A stretch of 64,000 nucleotides of DNA from a virus. A program made the position numbers and the translations under genes. A model generated the notes under the pieces. It did no database searches. It worked only from the letters and a program-made list of their open reading frames with translations, and was not told the DNA's origin. Of this stretch, positions 53,311-62,680 are shown in pieces (position 1 is the stretch's first letter; every line of letters begins with the position of its first letter). The stretch is from the IMG/VR virus record IMGVR_UViG_3300011113_000491, positions 32,001 through 96,000 of that record; one strand, 5' to 3'.

Positions 53311-53927
53311 ATTCTTCTCCTCTTATTTAAAAATACTGACAACGATAACAACGCAAGACATCCGGGTGCTGGAACGGCGTTCGTTCCAAAACCGCAGTAG
53401 TCAATCAAATTACCTTGTGTGTTTCCGCCCACTGCATTCACTGCTTCAAATGCAAATCTAGTCAGATTGCCAATTGAAGTAATAGTTCCGAAGTGAACTT
53501 GCCATGCTGTGTTATCAGCAGAAAATTCTTGTTGAAATAAAACGGTATCATCTCCACCACCAACAGTCTGATCTGTACCAAAATCAGTGATGGTCAAACG
53601 CATGGTATCAACACCATCTCTTCCACGGTGAGCAAAGTGCCAATTGATTTGATTGAAGTCACCGAGTCCATTTACATTCTGATATAGGGTAGAAGCATAA
53701 TTTGCATTTAATTCTGCAAACGAATTTCCTTCATAGGCAGGAACTCCTAAAAATCCATTTTCCCAGACTTCGATCAAGTTATCTGGTGCAGTAGTTGCCC
53801 AGCCACTTTGAGGATCTGTTCCAGAATAAAAACTGTAGCCCCATGCGGGAAAGCTCTCAAAACCACCATTGACTAAATTTGCGGATGCTGAAGTGGTAAT
53901 TGCTAATGCTGCTAGAAATGCTTTCAA
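53307..53927 (-). CDS. PEP-CTERM (VPAPG variant) sorting-signal surface protein
   Basis: Signal peptide, NLVNGGFE, C-terminal VPAPG-hydrophobic helix-KRRR. Confidence 0.85.
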   Translation of the reverse strand: MKAFLAALAITTSASANLVNGGFESFPAWGYSFYSGTDPQSGWATTAPDNLIEVWENGFLGVPAYEGNSFAELNANYASTLYQNVNGLGDFNQINWHFAHRGRDGVDTMRLTITDFGTDQTVGGGDDTVLFQQEFSADNTAWQVHFGTITSIGNLTRFAFEAVNAVGGNTQGNLIDYCGFGTNAVPAPGCLALLSLSVFLNKRRRI

Positions 53928-54667
53928 ATTCTTCTCCTTGTTGGTTTAACTAACTGATACAGCACGAACGACGAAACGGTTGATGGTGTAGGAACAACCG
54001 ATATTGCTCCCATTCTATAATCAGGTGTCATATCAATATCTGGTAACTGCGTAGAAGTCAGATCAAATGATATGACCGGAGGAGTCGCGTAAAAATCAGA
54101 AACCGCTAGATCAATTGCGGATACTGCTTCAGGCAACTGCTCCGGTTGTGCTGGAGACTCCACTGCATCTTTCGATGAAGTCTTTGGTTTTAATTTAAAT
54201 CTAGTTGGAACAAACGAAGATGATTCCGAGTTAGATTTAGATGAAGTGGCAACATATATGCGATATGGTCCTTCATACTTTGTGTTCTCTTCCAGAAAGA
54301 TATTCTTATTTGAGTTTGCTACAAATTCTTTAAGATTTGGATTTCTTATTTTATTTGGAGTGTTGATGTTGTTGGTTTGATCACTAGATCCAGATTCTGC
54401 TTCTGGAGTTTTGTCTGGATTTGCAATGTTCTGAACGCTAGTAATAGACTCAATCAACTTTTGAATCTTTTCTACTGCTTCTTGTCCAACTATAGTCAAT
54501 GCAACAGTACTGGCAATAGTCAATGCCATAATCTTACCCTGCATACCGACTATTCTTCTTTTATTTTCTTCGTTCTGTTTCTGACAGTCTTCTATTTGAC
54601 CTTTTTTGATTTCTTCTATTTGTTCCTTTAATGATTCGCAAGAAGAACAATTTGGTTTATTTGACAT
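53924..54667 (-). CDS. Membrane protein with degenerate PEP-CTERM-like tail
   Basis: Coiled coil plus TM helix; ends VPTPSTVSSFVLYQLVKPTRRRI. Confidence 0.6.
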   Translation of the reverse strand: MSNKPNCSSCESLKEQIEEIKKGQIEDCQKQNEENKRRIVGMQGKIMALTIASTVALTIVGQEAVEKIQKLIESITSVQNIANPDKTPEAESGSSDQTNNINTPNKIRNPNLKEFVANSNKNIFLEENTKYEGPYRIYVATSSKSNSESSSFVPTRFKLKPKTSSKDAVESPAQPEQLPEAVSAIDLAVSDFYATPPVISFDLTSTQLPDIDMTPDYRMGAISVVPTPSTVSSFVLYQLVKPTRRRI

Positions 54668-54711
54668 GTTTTGCCTTTCTGGTAAAACATTACAAACACA
54701 TCTTAAACAAA

Positions 54712-54882
54712 TTATATAATACGAAACTGTGCTGGATATATTCTAAACTTTGCGTCAGAATCTTCCGAATCTTTAGACTCTTTCTTGGGTTTTCTTATGG
54801 ATTTAATTACCCCAATCCTTCTTTGTTTTGGAGTTAGTTCAGTCCTTTCAGAATAAAACTCAGAGAGTCTTCGTTTCTTCAT
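54712..54882 (-). CDS. Small basic late protein (MKKRRLSEFYSE)
   Basis: TATACATA at 54888-54895, 5 nt upstream. Confidence 0.5.
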   Translation of the reverse strand: MKKRRLSEFYSERTELTPKQRRIGVIKSIRKPKKESKDSEDSDAKFRIYPAQFRII

Positions 54883-54928
54883 ACAGATATGTATAAATAA
54901 TATTATACAACCTAATAAGGAGAATCCT

Positions 54929-55291
54929 ATGAAAGATTTTAACTCTCTGATCGGTAAGATTTTTGAAGAAAAGGGGAAACATGCAGACAGGATTCGAAAA
55001 AAGGCAAAATTTAAGAAGGTAGATTCAAAAAAAGAAACCAGAAGTGGTAGACCTATCAACCGTTGTCGGTGTGAAAGATGTCAAAACGGTCGTAAATGCT
55101 CCATGAATAAGAAGATGGACGAGTCTTCTGAGGATTCTATATATGAGTATCTGTACGAGTATATTTTAAGAAAGGGAAGCGAATACCAAATTGTCAGCAA
55201 GAAGGGGAAACCTCTTGGCAAGTTTAAGAGTAAAAAGAAAGCAGTCAAGAGACTTCGGCAGATAGAATGGTTTAAGCATCACAAAAAATGA
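54929..55291 (+). CDS. Basic late protein
   Basis: TATAAATA at 54892-54899; AAGGAG SD; GK.LG.F.SK..A.KRLRQIEWFKH motif. Confidence 0.7.
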   Translation: MKDFNSLIGKIFEEKGKHADRIRKKAKFKKVDSKKETRSGRPINRCRCERCQNGRKCSMNKKMDESSEDSIYEYLYEYILRKGSEYQIVSKKGKPLGKFKSKKKAVKRLRQIEWFKHHKK

Positions 55292-55764
55292 GCTGGTCAA
55301 AGAAATACAAAAAATCAATAGACTGCAATAACCCAAAAGGATTCTCCCAAAGGGCTCACTGTCAAGGTAGAAAGAAAAGAAAACTTAAAGAGTTCAAGGA
55401 GTACATCACTGAACAGGCAGAATTACAGAGCAAAGTTTCAGACTTTGTTGACTTTGCCACCAATTACCTTGGACTCAGCAGAAGACCAAATGTTACTCTT
55501 CTCACTGTCAGGGAACCAAATATGACTACTGCGTACTACAACATAAAAGATGGTAATATGAAAATATATTCAAAAGGTAGAGCATGTTTTGACATTTGTA
55601 GAAGCATTGCACACGAGATGGTTCACCAAAAGCAACACGAAGAAATAGACAATCCAGACGATCTTGATGGTTCAACTGGATCACCACACGAAGATGAAGC
55701 AAATGCAGTTGCAGGACGAATGATTAGAACATATGGGGAACAGGTGCCTGGATTCTATGAATGA
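55288..55764 (+). CDS. Late protein: IDC.NPKGFSQRAHC motif plus HEXXH domain
   Basis: LKEFKEYITE junction; AHEMVH.KQ...GSPHEDEANA. Confidence 0.75.
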   Translation: MSWSKKYKKSIDCNNPKGFSQRAHCQGRKKRKLKEFKEYITEQAELQSKVSDFVDFATNYLGLSRRPNVTLLTVREPNMTTAYYNIKDGNMKIYSKGRACFDICRSIAHEMVHQKQHEEIDNPDDLDGSTGSPHEDEANAVAGRMIRTYGEQVPGFYE

Positions 55765-56419
55765 AATAAAGCAACAACTTCTAACGGAAATCAAACAAAG
55801 ATTCGGTTCATTCGATCACAAAGACATGAAAATAACCGATAAGAGATTTCCTTTGCAGATAAACAACAAATACAAAAAAGATAAAAAGACAGTAAAAGAA
55901 AAAGCAAAAGAAGAAATTGAAAAAGGATATCATCGTGGTATAATAAGAAAAGCAAATTTACCTACAAGTTATAGATTCAAACCAACAGCATTTAACACTG
56001 GTAAACTCTCATATTCTGGTTACACTGAGAGTGGAAACCACGAATATACGATAAAATCAGAAAACGGTGATGTTAAAATAAACATAGATCACAGGAAGTC
56101 TAAGAAATCAAATCTTAAAAAAGGTTCACTAACAACCAGTAACATCAATATAGATTTTACAACAGAAAAACCATCTGAAGAGATAATGAACAGTATAATA
56201 CCATCAATAGCACATCACATAAATTCACATGCACCAGACACAATCAATTTTGAAACCAAAAATTTAAAAGCATTTTATGACAAGATGATTGATGGTATAT
56301 CCAAAAAATACAGGGTTTCCTCTAAAGAAGATGAAAACGGAAAACATTCTTGGACTCTACAAAGCAAAAAGATAACCCCAAAAATTCAACATCTAATTAA
56401 AAGTCTGCTAAATAAATAG
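55757..56419 (+). CDS. Late hypothetical protein (start MNEIKQQLLTE)
   Basis: Overlapping coupling; leader ending LTE. Confidence 0.6.
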   Translation: MNEIKQQLLTEIKQRFGSFDHKDMKITDKRFPLQINNKYKKDKKTVKEKAKEEIEKGYHRGIIRKANLPTSYRFKPTAFNTGKLSYSGYTESGNHEYTIKSENGDVKINIDHRKSKKSNLKKGSLTTSNINIDFTTEKPSEEIMNSIIPSIAHHINSHAPDTINFETKNLKAFYDKMIDGISKKYRVSSKEDENGKHSWTLQSKKITPKIQHLIKSLLNK

Positions 56420-56451
56420 TAAACGATCAGTTATAAAATAAGGAGTAAACC

Positions 56452-56724
56452 ATGGCAAGCAATCCAAGATTCGCCGGAAATAACAGAAATAGAAGCGCAG
56501 ATCAAGAAGCAAGACTAAGAATTGCTGAAAGACGACAAGGATTTCCAAATGGTAGTCCTCTAAGACCAGTTGAAGATGTAAACAATGCAAGTCAAAAGTA
56601 TCTGGAGAAGAGTAGATTTCATAAAGCAAATCAAATAGGAAACCAACCAGTTCCTCCACAGATAAATGCAGCAGATCGTGATCTACAAAGAAGAGCAGAG
56701 AGAAAACAACAGAGACAGGACTGA
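56452..56724 (+). CDS. Basic hypothetical protein
   Basis: AAGGAG SD. Confidence 0.65.
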   Translation: MASNPRFAGNNRNRSADQEARLRIAERRQGFPNGSPLRPVEDVNNASQKYLEKSRFHKANQIGNQPVPPQINAADRDLQRRAERKQQRQD

Positions 56725-56726
56725 TA

Positions 56727-57029
56727 ATGCCTAATTATGGATTTGTGTGTGAAAATTGTGAAAAAACATTCGAATGTTTGTTGAGTATGTCTAATAGAGA
56801 TAATCCGTTAAATGAACCCTGCCCCCATTGCTTAAAGGAAGGTAAAGTTGTAAAGGATTTTCAAGGAATACGATGTGCTTTATCTTCTGATGCAACACTA
56901 ACTCCCGACAAAGCAACAGGTGGTAGATGGTCGGAGTTGATGGGAAAGATGAAAAAGGGTTTAGCTCCGAGATATCATGGAAAATTAGATGCAGCAACAA
57001 ATAGATCGGGGAGAAGATGGAAAGGCTGA
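56727..57029 (+). CDS. FmdB-family zinc ribbon protein
   Basis: MPNY.F.C..C...FE...CPHC. Confidence 0.8.
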   Translation: MPNYGFVCENCEKTFECLLSMSNRDNPLNEPCPHCLKEGKVVKDFQGIRCALSSDATLTPDKATGGRWSELMGKMKKGLAPRYHGKLDAATNRSGRRWKG

Positions 57030-57904
57030 CATTCAAAGAATTTATCTTAGAGGCAAAAGGAATATTTGGTCAATACGGATCGGTTGACGCAACTCGGAGC
57101 TATCTTGAGTCTCAAGGTAAATTTAGATATACTAGTGCCATAGACGCATACTTTCAAAATAGATTTTGGAATCAGCAAGACGCAGGAAATAAAGTAGAAG
57201 TTCCCAAAGAGAACATTTCAAGAACATACACCGACACAATATCATCTCTAAAGCAAAGCGGTCAAGCCCCAGTTTCTAGAGATTATAGATCACAAGTTAT
57301 CAGAAATAGAAGAATAGCGGCAGGGGAAAAGGTATTGCCTTCCGATCTTCTAAAAGAAGCAAGAAAACTTACAGCAAAAATATCCTCTCCCAGACTGAGG
57401 GTATTTGACTTCGACAATACGATTGCAAATACTAATTCTCGTGTAATAATAAAAGACAAGAAGACAGGCGAAGTCATTCAAAAACTTTCATCAGCAGATT
57501 ATGCAAAATACAGACCACAAAAATCTCATGAGTCTGACTTTTCTGAGTTCTCTAAAGTAATTAATCCCAGAGCAATATTTCAAATACAAGGAATAATGCA
57601 GAATCTTTCTAAAAAGAATAGACCATATACAATATTAACCGCTAGACCACAATCTGCATCTAAAGAAATATTAAGATACTTGAAAAAACAAGGCCTGAGC
57701 AGCAAAGGAGTACGAGTTGTTGGACTTGGTACGTCTGATCCTGAAGCAAAAGCAAGATATCTTTCTGGGATTCTTCAAAAAGGAAAACACACCCATTTAG
57801 AATTCTTTGATGATCATCATGAAAACGTAAGACATGTTGCAAAACTATCTAAATTATTTCCGGGTATAAATATAAAAGCAAGACACATAGCATACGGAGA
57901 CTAA
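57017..57904 (+). CDS. CTS-like leader protein with a HAD-superfamily domain
   Basis: LTFKEFILE; VFDFDNTI, ILTAR, K, FFDD HAD motifs I-IV. Confidence 0.75.
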   Translation: MERLTFKEFILEAKGIFGQYGSVDATRSYLESQGKFRYTSAIDAYFQNRFWNQQDAGNKVEVPKENISRTYTDTISSLKQSGQAPVSRDYRSQVIRNRRIAAGEKVLPSDLLKEARKLTAKISSPRLRVFDFDNTIANTNSRVIIKDKKTGEVIQKLSSADYAKYRPQKSHESDFSEFSKVINPRAIFQIQGIMQNLSKKNRPYTILTARPQSASKEILRYLKKQGLSSKGVRVVGLGTSDPEAKARYLSGILQKGKHTHLEFFDDHHENVRHVAKLSKLFPGINIKARHIAYGD

Positions 57905-57905
57905 A

Positions 57906-58895
57906 ATGGACAAAAAAACATATTTGAGCTGGATTTCATCTGAAGTAGAAAAGAAAAATTTTTACAATTTAGATGAAGCAAAGAAGAAAGCAACTAAAAA
58001 ACCAACCTTGACACATCCAGAATTAAAAACAGCAGCAAATGCTCTAATTGAACCATTTGCTGATAAGATTGCAGCGGCAATAGATAGAATTGGTCAAGAG
58101 AGAGTTTCTTTGTCCTCTCCAAAATCAGATGATGATGAAGCACTTCCATCCGTTGATGAATTTCAACCATCATTTTCCAAAGAACCAGTGAGCATAAAGT
58201 ACGGAAAAGCAGCTGGGTATACTAAATCTCAACATCCAAGTGATAAATCTTCAATAATCGATACACTGAATCAAATGTATGCAGTAAATGAAGAAAATCT
58301 AAATGAGTTCAGTGCTGCGGCCGCCCAAAGAGTTACACCAGCAAAGAGAATAGGAAAAACAAAAAGTTTCAGTAGATCCGCAAGTAAAGAAACTGGTGGA
58401 GCAATTGTAAGAGTAGGTGGAGCAAAACCACAGACATCAACTGGTGGAGCAATTGTAAGAGTAGGTGGAACAAAACCAGCACCAACTTCATCCGGCGGAG
58501 CAATAGTTCTTGCTAGAAGATCACCAATAAGAACAGTTCCATCAGAAAATACCACCGGAGGAGCACTAACAACAACTGGAGGAAATACGACAGGTGGTAC
58601 AAGTGCGACTCCAGTAACTACCACAAGACTTCCAAACATTAGAACTACAAATAGAATAACTAATGTAAGAAATATTGGTGGAGACATCAATGTTGCAAGA
58701 GCAGGAAGAGATCAATACGGAACCCAAGTAGGAACAGGTAATAAAAATACAGGGACTATGGGGCAAAGAATTGGTAGAATGCAGGGTAGTTCACAAGTAA
58801 CTGGACAAATTAGTGGAAGCAACAACACAGTTGTCGGTCGTAATCTAAGAGAAATGACCGCAGAAATAGTCAAAAGAAAGCTTTGTATTATCTAA
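57906..58895 (+). CDS. Low-complexity late protein with GGAIV repeats
   Basis: TGGAIVRVGG repeats; module shared with 51974-52714. Confidence 0.7.
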   Translation: MDKKTYLSWISSEVEKKNFYNLDEAKKKATKKPTLTHPELKTAANALIEPFADKIAAAIDRIGQERVSLSSPKSDDDEALPSVDEFQPSFSKEPVSIKYGKAAGYTKSQHPSDKSSIIDTLNQMYAVNEENLNEFSAAAAQRVTPAKRIGKTKSFSRSASKETGGAIVRVGGAKPQTSTGGAIVRVGGTKPAPTSSGGAIVLARRSPIRTVPSENTTGGALTTTGGNTTGGTSATPVTTTRLPNIRTTNRITNVRNIGGDINVARAGRDQYGTQVGTGNKNTGTMGQRIGRMQGSSQVTGQISGSNNTVVGRNLREMTAEIVKRKLCII

Positions 58896-58896
58896 T

Positions 58897-59592
58897 ATGA
58901 TCGTAGTTGGTAATTTTCATCATGTAAAAACCGATCTTGAACTTCCAAATCTAGAAAGACTTGAAGTAGCAGGGGAACGATTCTACCAGACACCAGATGG
59001 TAGAGTATATCCCTCTGTAACCACTGTAACTGGATTTGAAAAGCGATCATTTTTTGCCGAATGGAGAAGAAACAATCCCACAGAGTCAAAGAGAGTTTGT
59101 TCTAGAGGCAATAGTCTTCACTCTGTAGTCGAAAAATATTTACTTAACGAAAGAGTAGATTTATCTGAGCTGGGTGATATAGAAAGAGATCTATTCCACA
59201 CCATAAAACCAGAAGTAGATAAAATAACGAACATATATTGTCTAGAATCTCCTCTTTACAGTAGAACACTTCAGTTGGCTGGTAGAGTGGATTGTATTGC
59301 CATGCACGAAGGAAAATTAGCAGTAATAGATTTCAAAGGCAGTACCAGAAACAAGAAGAGAAATGAAATAGAAAACTATTTCTTACAAGCAAGTGCATAT
59401 TCATTGATGTTTCAAGAAATGACTGGAATCAAAATTCCTGATATTAAAATATTGTTGGCATCGGAGGAAGGAATTTGTCAAGTTTTTGAAGACAAAGTTA
59501 TAAATAATGTTGGTAGATTAAAAGAAGTCATAGACACATACTTTGATTATATTAGAAACATGAGGAACAACAATGAAGCGACTACGACTTGA
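58897..59592 (+). CDS. PD-(D/E)XK exonuclease (Cas4-like, conserved in T4-like phages)
   Basis: YPSVTTV, RG...H, LAGRVDCI...IDFK.S, YFLQ..AY. Confidence 0.9.
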   Translation: MIVVGNFHHVKTDLELPNLERLEVAGERFYQTPDGRVYPSVTTVTGFEKRSFFAEWRRNNPTESKRVCSRGNSLHSVVEKYLLNERVDLSELGDIERDLFHTIKPEVDKITNIYCLESPLYSRTLQLAGRVDCIAMHEGKLAVIDFKGSTRNKKRNEIENYFLQASAYSLMFQEMTGIKIPDIKILLASEEGICQVFEDKVINNVGRLKEVIDTYFDYIRNMRNNNEATTT

Positions 59593-59977
59593 AGAAGTGA
59601 ACAGAAGAAACTCAGTTACATGGACCGCATGTAATGATGATTCTAGATCACTAGTATGGAGAAAACTTTTTATTGAAAGTTTTGGTGGTAAATTCTTAAG
59701 AGAAGGTCGCTACTGGAAATGGGAAGAAAACAAAAAAGAACAAATTATTCCAAGAAAATCTTGGGTGTTTTCAGACAAAAATAGTAAAGAGGTAAGAATA
59801 ACTAATTTTACCGAATACTGCAAAGAACACGATTTGAGTAGATCCGCTATGTATGAAGTCATGAGTGGTAAAAGACGACAGCACAAGGGGTACACATTCT
59901 TGGCAGAAGAAATAAACGGTGTAAAAATAGTTCGACTTTTCGATCCACCGTCAAACGACGAAGAAAAAGTAGTCTAA
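59573..59977 (+). CDS. Hypothetical protein with C-terminal NUMOD1-like DNA-binding segment
   Basis: NFTEYCKEHDL.RSAM..V.SGKR.QHKGY. Confidence 0.55.
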   Translation: MKRLRLEEVNRRNSVTWTACNDDSRSLVWRKLFIESFGGKFLREGRYWKWEENKKEQIIPRKSWVFSDKNSKEVRITNFTEYCKEHDLSRSAMYEVMSGKRRQHKGYTFLAEEINGVKIVRLFDPPSNDEEKVV

Positions 59978-59995
59978 TATAGTCAAGTTTGTGCC

Positions 59996-60022
59996 AACCA
60001 GAGGATTACCCTCTGGTTTTTT
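59996..60022 (+). terminator. Rho-independent terminator
   Basis: AACCAGAGG/CCTCTGGTT plus T run. Confidence 0.85.
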
Positions 60023-60053
60023 ATCTGTATAAATACAGTACAGGAACTAATTT

Positions 60054-62678
60054 ATGGCAAAAAGTATAGTCGTAACATATGGTAGATTCAATCCCCCAAC
60101 GGCGGGACACCACTTACTAGCACAAGAAGTGGTGCGTCAGGCGGGAGAAATGGGTGCAGATCATATGATCTATGGTAGTATGAGTGCAGATCCCAAAAAG
60201 AATCCACTTACCCCAGAACAAAAAGCAAAGCACATGGGAAGAGTTCTAGGAACTCCAAGAGTCCATGTTGGTGAGGGTGCAAGAAATCCATTTGAGATGC
60301 TTCATCATTTAAGTCAGCAGGGGTATGACACGGTTCATATGGTTCTTGGTTCAGATAGAGCAGATGAAGGTATATTCAACAAAATGAAACAATATGTTGA
60401 AAGTGGTGAACTGCCTGGAGTTGGAAAACTTGGAATCAAGAGACTTACAGGTTCAACTGCCGGTGCAGCAAGAAGTGATGATGCCAAAGGTCTAGCTGGT
60501 ATTTCCGGTACGAAGCAAAGAGCTTTTGTTTCTGCTGGAGACTTTGCTGGATTCAGAAAAGGTCTTCCCGGACATGTTTCTGAAGAGCATGCAAGAGAAC
60601 TTTTCGATGACGTTAGGGCTGGAATGCAAGGATCAACTAAATCCAGGCCAAAAAAGAAAGTATCCAAAAAGAAAGTTGCAAAGAAAGTAAAGAAGAAACT
60701 TAAAGAAAGTTTATACTTTGGTCCCTTGTCGTTTGTTATCAATTCATTTTTGACAGAATCGCAAAAGAAAACAACGGTAGAAAGAAAAACATCACAGAAT
60801 ACAAGAAAAAGAAACCAAAGAACTAACGACAAGGCAAAACAAGCCTCAGGTGATTTGTCTCAATACATGATTGTTAGCACAAAACAAAATAAAATTGAAA
60901 TTATTACAAAGGGCGCATACAGAAGCAAAAATCATGTGATTGTGACCCCACCAGAAAAAATGAGTACTGGCGCAATGTCTAAAGCCGCCAAAGACAAAAA
61001 CTTTAGAGCAACACCAACTTCTGTAAAATTAGGATTTGGAAAGAAAGAAGATTTAGAAAAAGAAGGAAAATCAGAGAAGAAAAAATCACAGGCGAGAGGA
61101 AAAACCAAAAGCGAAAAACAAGAAGCACCCCAAGCTCTACCACAAAGAGTTCCGAGAGTGTCTGGTTCAAAATCAAGTTTTCCAGATGACGATCATGCTG
61201 CTGGAGATATGGAATCTGGAATTGTTGCCGCATTCAATGAAGCAATGGGCATATCACTAGAAAAGCAAATAAAAGAAAAACTAATTACACCAGAAGCAGC
61301 AGAATTTATAAAAAATAGCACCACTCTCGGAGACTCGGCCAGAAGAACATTACAGGTTATTTCAGAACAACTATCTGTAAAACATCCTGGATCTAACTTT
61401 GCTGCAATACACTATGGAGCAACAAAAACAGAAAGACTAAGTAAATTTTGGACTGGTTATGGCGGAGTAGATAACACACCAAAGTCTGACATATTGTTCC
61501 GTGACATGAACACTGGACAAATTATTGGTGTTTCTGTGAAGTGTGGACCATCACAGTTGATGTCGGGTAAGGCCGGCGGCGAAGCAACTGCTACTGTATA
61601 TACCGCACTTGAAGGAATGGACAAACGAAAATTAGAACCAAAAGTTCAAAAGAAAGTTCAAAAACTAATAAAAGCACTAAAAAATTTAGTGAATGAACCA
61701 AGAAGAACTAAAGGTGGAGATATATCTGATTACCTAAAAGGAGAACTGAAAGGTAAAGACGAAGATATATTGTTGTTCGACAAACTTCATAAAGATGCAA
61801 AAAAGGATCTAGAAGATCTGTTATCAGAAAGTAAAGAATTTAGAAAAGGATTTGTTTTTGAAGCACTAACTGGTGCAGCAAAATTTGATACAGGAAATCC
61901 AAAGAAAATAAGTCCTGCTGTAGCACAATATGTACTGTCCATGAATAGAGATGGAACAGAAACATCATTATCTCAAATAACACCAGAATATGCAGATAAA
62001 GTTGCAGATGCTTTAAGTTTCGTTATTCGTTTTAAGAGTAGTTCTGTAAAATCATCCGAAGCAGTGGCATTTCAAAAGAAGACTGGTAAAAAACTATATT
62101 CATACTGGAGTGTGATATCAATGGTTCTAAATCCAAAGAAGTTCATAAAAGAATCATTTACTTATAATCCAGTTCTAAGTAGTCTGCTAAATGAAGATCC
62201 TGTAACAGACAGAGAAACTTTAGAAATTTTAGATCAAATTGAAAATGAAATTGGTGGAGATATCTACTCTTTAATGCAGTTCCTAGAGATTGAACCCGAA
62301 TCGTTTTCAACTGGAGACATTGACTTTACAAACTTTGGAAAAGTAGAATCAGGATTCTATAACACAGTTGTAATAGGAGATAAACAATTTGAAATACCAG
62401 TAGAAAAGAATGTAATAGAACAAGTTTATATTTCTTTTGCTAAAAAATTCCTACTAGAAAAAAGAAACTATAGAAAAGAGTATGACAATTACCAAGGTCG
62501 TTCAGATCAGATTGAGAAGAGATCAAGTCGCAACAAGGCAAGAAGACTTCTCAAGAAGATGGGTAGAGTAAGAGATGGGGACGGAAAAGATGTTGATCAC
62601 AAGAATGGCAACCCAAAAGATAATAGTGTTAAAAATCTAAGAGTTACCAGCAAGTCCCACAACAGATCCAAGAGGTAA
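60054..62678 (+). CDS. Late polyprotein: cytidylyltransferase-like domain, PD-(D/E)XK-like domain and C-terminal HNH
   Basis: TYGRFNPPTAGH, GSDR, ISGTK; TPKSDIL...VSVK; DVDHKNGNP.DN...NLRV; TATAAATA at 60028-60035. Confidence 0.75.
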   Translation: MAKSIVVTYGRFNPPTAGHHLLAQEVVRQAGEMGADHMIYGSMSADPKKNPLTPEQKAKHMGRVLGTPRVHVGEGARNPFEMLHHLSQQGYDTVHMVLGSDRADEGIFNKMKQYVESGELPGVGKLGIKRLTGSTAGAARSDDAKGLAGISGTKQRAFVSAGDFAGFRKGLPGHVSEEHARELFDDVRAGMQGSTKSRPKKKVSKKKVAKKVKKKLKESLYFGPLSFVINSFLTESQKKTTVERKTSQNTRKRNQRTNDKAKQASGDLSQYMIVSTKQNKIEIITKGAYRSKNHVIVTPPEKMSTGAMSKAAKDKNFRATPTSVKLGFGKKEDLEKEGKSEKKKSQARGKTKSEKQEAPQALPQRVPRVSGSKSSFPDDDHAAGDMESGIVAAFNEAMGISLEKQIKEKLITPEAAEFIKNSTTLGDSARRTLQVISEQLSVKHPGSNFAAIHYGATKTERLSKFWTGYGGVDNTPKSDILFRDMNTGQIIGVSVKCGPSQLMSGKAGGEATATVYTALEGMDKRKLEPKVQKKVQKLIKALKNLVNEPRRTKGGDISDYLKGELKGKDEDILLFDKLHKDAKKDLEDLLSESKEFRKGFVFEALTGAAKFDTGNPKKISPAVAQYVLSMNRDGTETSLSQITPEYADKVADALSFVIRFKSSSVKSSEAVAFQKKTGKKLYSYWSVISMVLNPKKFIKESFTYNPVLSSLLNEDPVTDRETLEILDQIENEIGGDIYSLMQFLEIEPESFSTGDIDFTNFGKVESGFYNTVVIGDKQFEIPVEKNVIEQVYISFAKKFLLEKRNYRKEYDNYQGRSDQIEKRSSRNKARRLLKKMGRVRDGDGKDVDHKNGNPKDNSVKNLRVTSKSHNRSKR

Positions 62679-62680
62679 TC

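Noticed and set aside
52349-58840. Diversity-generating retroelement TR/VR pair
   Set aside because: Both copies are in coding frames with mostly synonymous, not adenine-specific, differences; no reverse transcriptase in the window
58897-59592. CRISPR-associated Cas4
   Set aside because: Lacks the Fe-S cysteine cluster and any CRISPR context; standard T4-like exonuclease
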